Source: Eledone cirrhosa (taxonomy: Eukaryota). Taken from it: DNA of 64,000 nucleotides. Below are positions 59,046 to 64,000 of this stretch, piece after piece. A program made the translations under genes and the position numbers. Location of the stretch: contig OZ024741.1 of assembly GCA_964016885.1 (NCBI GenBank), positions 123,194,001 to 123,258,000 of the forward strand. The letters are read 5' to 3'. The notes beneath the pieces are model-generated. The model did no database searches and was not told the DNA's origin. It saw nothing but the letters and a program-made list of their open reading frames with translations. Every line of letters begins with the position of its first letter. Positions within the stretch are counted from its first letter, which is position 1.

Positions 59046-59143
59046 AATCTGCTGATATGCAAATCTGGCTGATCAGTGGATCTGCTAATATGCAGATCTG
59101 ACTGATCAGCCAGTCTGCTAATATGCAAATCAGGCCGATCAGT
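59046..59143 (+). promoter_or_regulatory. Three 33 bp tandem units carrying octamer motifs (mirrored at about 56232-56329)
   Basis: ATGCAAAT at 59057, ATGCAGAT at 59090, ATGCAAAT at 59123; the repeat is certain, the regulatory role is inferred. Confidence 0.45.
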
Positions 59144-59206
59144 CACTGTATATTTGAGAAAATATCATATATTTTCACTAGCTCTGGCAGTTGGCAGGTG
59201 AATAGT

Positions 59207-59256
59207 GAACTGTACTGAAGAAGGATGATACCCAGAAACATTAGTTTCTGCAGTTC
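59207..59256 (+). ncRNA. Type I hammerhead (R2)
   Basis: Mirror of 56119-56168 with one stem II change. Confidence 0.68.
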
Positions 59257-59612
59257 TGTTTACATGCCAACACAACAGCAATAACGAAGAGTTCATTCTA
59301 CTGACATGGCTTTAGAAATGAGGCTTGTTTGCATAATTGAAAACGAATCGAATATTATTATTAATATACGAAAAATTCAGATTAAATTTAGACTATGTAT
59401 ATATATATATATAAATATATATATAAATATATATACTCAAACATTGTTTCTGTTCCCTCATCTTCCCACTCTATATCTTTCTATTTCAACTTTTAATTCT
59501 TACTTATTTTCTGATAAGGGAAAAGTAACTGACACATAAAAGATCCTTTCAGGCGTTAAACTAATATATGACCTCCATCGTAGTGTGTTGTTTGCTTCGT
59601 TGTCTTCATGTT

Positions 59613-59673
<61 letters not shown>

Positions 59674-59691
59674 CCACGCAGCTCTCCATTT

Positions 59692-59747
<56 letters not shown>

Positions 59748-59790
59748 ACACACTCACACACACACACACACACACAGAGTCACACACACA

Positions 59791-59869
<79 letters not shown>

Positions 59870-60136
59870 TGAAACATGTCTATAGAATCACAAGATAAAA
59901 TATATACCATTTCCTCTCCCAATTAGTATAATTAACTATATAAAAAATCGAATAGACCAGGCTATAAGAATGAGGTTTCTATGAAGATATCTCCAACAAA
60001 TAACCGAAACTAGCCCTTCGCGTCGGCCCCAACGGAATATTTATCGAATATTTCGACAGCGTAATCGCCCAGATACAGTCAATTAAACAGAGTTAGGTGT
60101 AAAACAAACTAGGAGAAAATAGAATACATTTAAAAT

Positions 60137-60223
60137 ACCTCTACCATGGTTTCGTCCGCATTTTGAGATTTCCAATAATTATGTAATAATTATGTAACTC
60201 GAGCATCGGATTCATCAGGAGAT
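60137..60223 (-). ncRNA. Type I hammerhead with long stem II
   Basis: AUCUC-CUGAUGA-A-UCCG...CGGA-C-GAAA-CCAUGG-UA-GAGGU. Confidence 0.82.
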
Positions 60224-60456
60224 TTGCTTTGATCTAGACACTACATTTTCCAAAGTGATCGCGCCAAGAATTCATTCAAAATGGCTAAGAATCGTGACGT
60301 AGTAGCGGTCAGGTTGGAAGGGTGTGGTAGTTGTTTACGGCTGGTCGCTTTTTTGCTAGAAAGCACAGCACAATACAGCCAAATTAGTATCTCAACCTAA
60401 TGGGAGATTATTACATATAAAACTTTACATATATATATACATATACATACATATAC

Positions 60457-60537
<81 letters not shown>

Positions 60538-61039
60538 CATTATATACAAACTCACAAGTACAAACAAATACATACAGACACAAAGCAGTTTTAGCGTGAA
60601 AGGCTGCCTTTTCACACTACAACAGGTTTTTTACAGGCAGTCACCAAGTCAAATTATAATTTCTAATTCTTCATTCTTCAATTTCCGATTCTCTGTTTCC
60701 TAACGTCCCTGATAAGTTTGGGTTCAACATAACCCTGTTATGTAATTCTGTCGAAGTATACGATGGGATGCAACTGTTTTGGATCATACATAGATGATGG
60801 AGGGGGGCATTGAAATATGTATCGTAACTTAACAGAATTCAAATTATACAACATATCTTCCAGTCTGGCCTTCCGTTGTTGTTTTATAGATACTTTACTC
60901 CGTTCCTGCGCCAATCACAGGATACCAAATATACGATGGATGACTAGCATAACGGTGAGTGGCTTGATTGATTCGTTGCATCATGATTTGCCTACCAGAA
61001 CCACCAGTTCTACACTTAGGTCTTCAAAATAACTTAAAT

Positions 61040-62790
61040 GGAATATATATGCATGTTTATATAACATGCATATATATCGATAACTCTTAACCTACTAAAT
61101 AAGGCGCTATCATATGCATATAAACACACGGATCTATCTAGTGATGAGATAAATATTATCTTAACAGCAACGCGAACATTGATAGATTTTAATAATTGTT
61201 TCTACTTTAGGGACAAGGCCAGCAAATACCCAGTGCATTACTGGTACTTTATTTTATCGACCCCGTAAGGATGAAAGGCAAAGTCAACCTCGGCGGGATT
61301 TGAACTCAGATCGTAAAGGGACGTTACTATGCTGGAAAGCATGGCGTCCGACCCTCTGGATAGATTTTAATAATGATCTTTGGACTAGATCGGATAGGCA
61401 GAAAACTTTGACATATGCTCGTCTGATTCGGCGCAGGTTACCGATCTTGTGGTCATTTTCATCCTTAACATGATAAATAGAAAACTGCCGGAGATTAACG
61501 GTGGTTTATATAGAGACGACATATTATTTATTGTAGAAAAACATAATAATAGCGAATTAAATAGAGTAAAGAAAATAATTATATATTTTTTTTTAAATTA
61601 CGACCTGAAATTAGAAGTAGAACATAACAATAAAATAGTTAATTTTTTAGATGTAACTCTTAATTTGAAATCAGGCCTTTATTATCCTTTCCATAAACTC
61701 AATGAGAACTTAAATTGTGTTAGTTTTTATTCTAATCATCCTAAAAGTGTTAAGAATGCAATAGTCAACAGTGTGCAGTAACGAATATCCAGGCTATCTG
61801 CTAATAGATCCATATTTAATAGTAAGGCTGTATATTATAATGAAGCGTTACATAAAGCTGGATATAACAATAATATTGAGTATGTGGAAACAATACTGAA
61901 GATAATATTAATTATAATCATAGTATTCATAATAATAATAATAATAAAATTTACTATAAAAACAACAACTTGAGGAATAAATCGGGGAAAAAAATAAGAA
62001 CTAGATCTCTAATTTGGTATGCTCCGCCACCATGTTTATCTATTAAAACACCTTTAGCACACTTATTTTTTAAAGCCTTCGATAAATGCTTCCCTAGATC
62101 ACATAAATATTACTCTATCTTCAATAGACACACAGTTAAACTCTCTTATTCAACAACTATGAATATTGCTCAAAATATAGCAAAAATAAATAGTAAAAAT
62201 ATTAATTTGAACCAACATATAAATACCATAATAACAATTATAATAATAATACATTAGTTAATGGGAATAACAATAATAATAGTTTAAATATGAATAATAG
62301 TAGAACACCTTTAAATAATAATAATAATATGAATAGTTTAGGGTATAGAAATAACATCGAGAAGAAATGTAACTCTAGAAAGAAGTCAGAATGTCCGTTA
62401 CAAAATAACTGCCTTGACAAGAATCTAGTATATAAATGTACCATTAAGACAAATAATAATATATATAACTACATTGGTGCCACTTCATCTAAACTTAAGG
62501 TTCGTTGGTACAGTCATAAACATTCTTTTTCTAAACCAGATAAAAAATGTTCAACCTCACTCTCACAATTAATATGGTCTTTGATGGACAAGAATATTAA
62601 ACACTCCATCTCTTGGACTCGGTTAAAGAATGCCAATTCCTATCGGAACGCATCCATTTCGATAAATTGCAATCTTTGCAATCTTAAGACACTATTGATA
62701 CAAATTATGACAATTTAATTAACAAGAAAAATGAATTATTCAGCAGCTGCCAACATAAATTTCGAAAAAATATTGACAATTAATTATAAT
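61040..62790 (+). mobile_element. PLE RT plus GIY-YIG, 5' truncated, decayed (Naiad/Neptune-like)
   Basis: GLYRDD, VNFLDVTLNL, SNHP, LIWYAPP, IFNRHTVKLSYS, CNSRKKSECPLQNNC, VYKC..YIGAT..RWYSH, CNLC, NELFSSCQH. Confidence 0.9.
61197..61358 (-). mobile_element. SINE S1 inserted in the PLE RT, 16 bp TSD
   Basis: GATAGATTTTAATAAT at 61181-61196 and 61359-61374. Confidence 0.92.
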
Positions 62791-64000
62791 TTAAAAAAAT
62801 ATATATATAATTGTTTGCCTTACTGGGGTAATAATTTATTGATTCTTTTATCTATTAGAATAATTTCATTAAGAGTCTCTGTATCCTATGCTTTGTTTAG
62901 GACAGTTCAATATTTAACTTGACAATTGTTGATTTATGGTTTAGAAATGTTCACATATGGTGAATGAGTTATCTTCCTTTCGTTTACATTCTTCGTAAAT
63001 ATGTTTATTCTGTTTGAATAGCTTACTAAATTATATTTGACATGAATTATGTAGTTTAATAATAAGAACATCTTTAAAAGGAAACTATAATAATATGTAA
63101 TTACAGAAGTAAATATAAATTAACGAAATAAAACCTTTGAGAGTAAATATAACAGCAATTTAATCCTGTAATTATATGATAATTAAAGAATAGAAATGAT
63201 TTTATAAAGAGAATATCCTATTTAAATAAAATAATTCGGCTAAAAATTGATCTTAATATATTTTATATATTGATGTTGATATATTATATATATTGATGGT
63301 GATATGCATGTATTTTAATATATATTTTAATATGTATTTTAATGTATATTTTAAATGCATGTTTAATCATTATTTAAATTTGCTTTAAATATATAATTTG
63401 TTTAAAGATGTAACAAAATACTTAAGGAATTACCTAAACCAATAATTATAATCTATAATGAGTTAAATTTAATCATTTAAATTTTTAATTAAACTAATTA
63501 TGTAACGGCTAAAAAAGTAATGTATATTGATTCATTTTGATATAATATATAAGTGTAATTAGCTTAACCATAATAAAATACAAGTGATATTCAATGGTTT
63601 ATGGTAATTGATTGGTTGCCTCAATGGAACTAATATTTGAAAACAACGGTTTTTTTCGTCTATCCGCCCATATATTTTATGTTCCCTCTCTTTTGTCGTT
63701 ATTTCTCCTTTCTTCTTCCTCTATTCATCCATCCATTTATTTATTTTTATTCATTTAAATATTTATGTATGTATTTATTTATTTTTTCTTTTCTTCTTTC
63801 TTTTTTTCTTTTTTTCTTTTTTTCTTTTTTTCTTGCCCTCCTCCTCTTTATACCTTCTCTTATATCTCTAATGCTCTCCACGTCCTTCCTTCTTTAAGTT
63901 TATCATATTATTATTTGTGGTATATAAATGTTGAGATTTGATGAAATAAATCACTGCCAAAATATATAATTATATAATTAAATAAATAATTATAACTATA

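Larger units (their letters stand above)
58509..59616. repeat. Right arm of the 1.1 kb inverted repeat
   Basis: Reverse complement of 55759-56866. Confidence 0.93.

Noticed and set aside
59505-59565. HHR-like CTGATAAGGG (mirrored near 55860)
   Set aside because: No GAAA box at a suitable position.
60704-60770. HHR-like CTGATAA...GAAGTATAC
   Set aside because: Two core mismatches and an unclear cleavage triplet.

Overview
Eukaryotic, AT-rich, repeat-saturated intergenic or intronic DNA. The SINE families and (TA)n/(CA)n density suggest an octopus or other coleoid cephalopod (inference). No host exon, rRNA, CRISPR or intact protein-coding gene is supportable, and most listed ORFs are microsatellite artefacts. 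Recognisable content: RTE/BovB-like LINE fragments; two near-full-length, convergent, decayed R4/Dong-type LINEs; an internally deleted Helitron plus non-autonomous Helitrons; a decayed Tx1/L1-type LINE; at least six Penelope-like element (PLE) remnants; and about 15 tRNA-derived SINE copies. The layer the ORF track misses is RNA: about 15 type I hammerhead ribozyme (HHR) motifs with palindromic stem III. The most striking feature is a non-coding tandem array of 432-434 bp monomers (47.5-49.3 kb), each with one HHR, and a diverged second locus at 13.3-13.9 kb. This looks like a retrozyme / circular-RNA-producing element. It and several other small elements, including one built around a complete tRNA-like cloverleaf, share one architecture: embedded in (TA)n with a partial inverted copy, which points to mobilisation by PLE machinery. 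All folds were worked out by eye and no activity is demonstrated.
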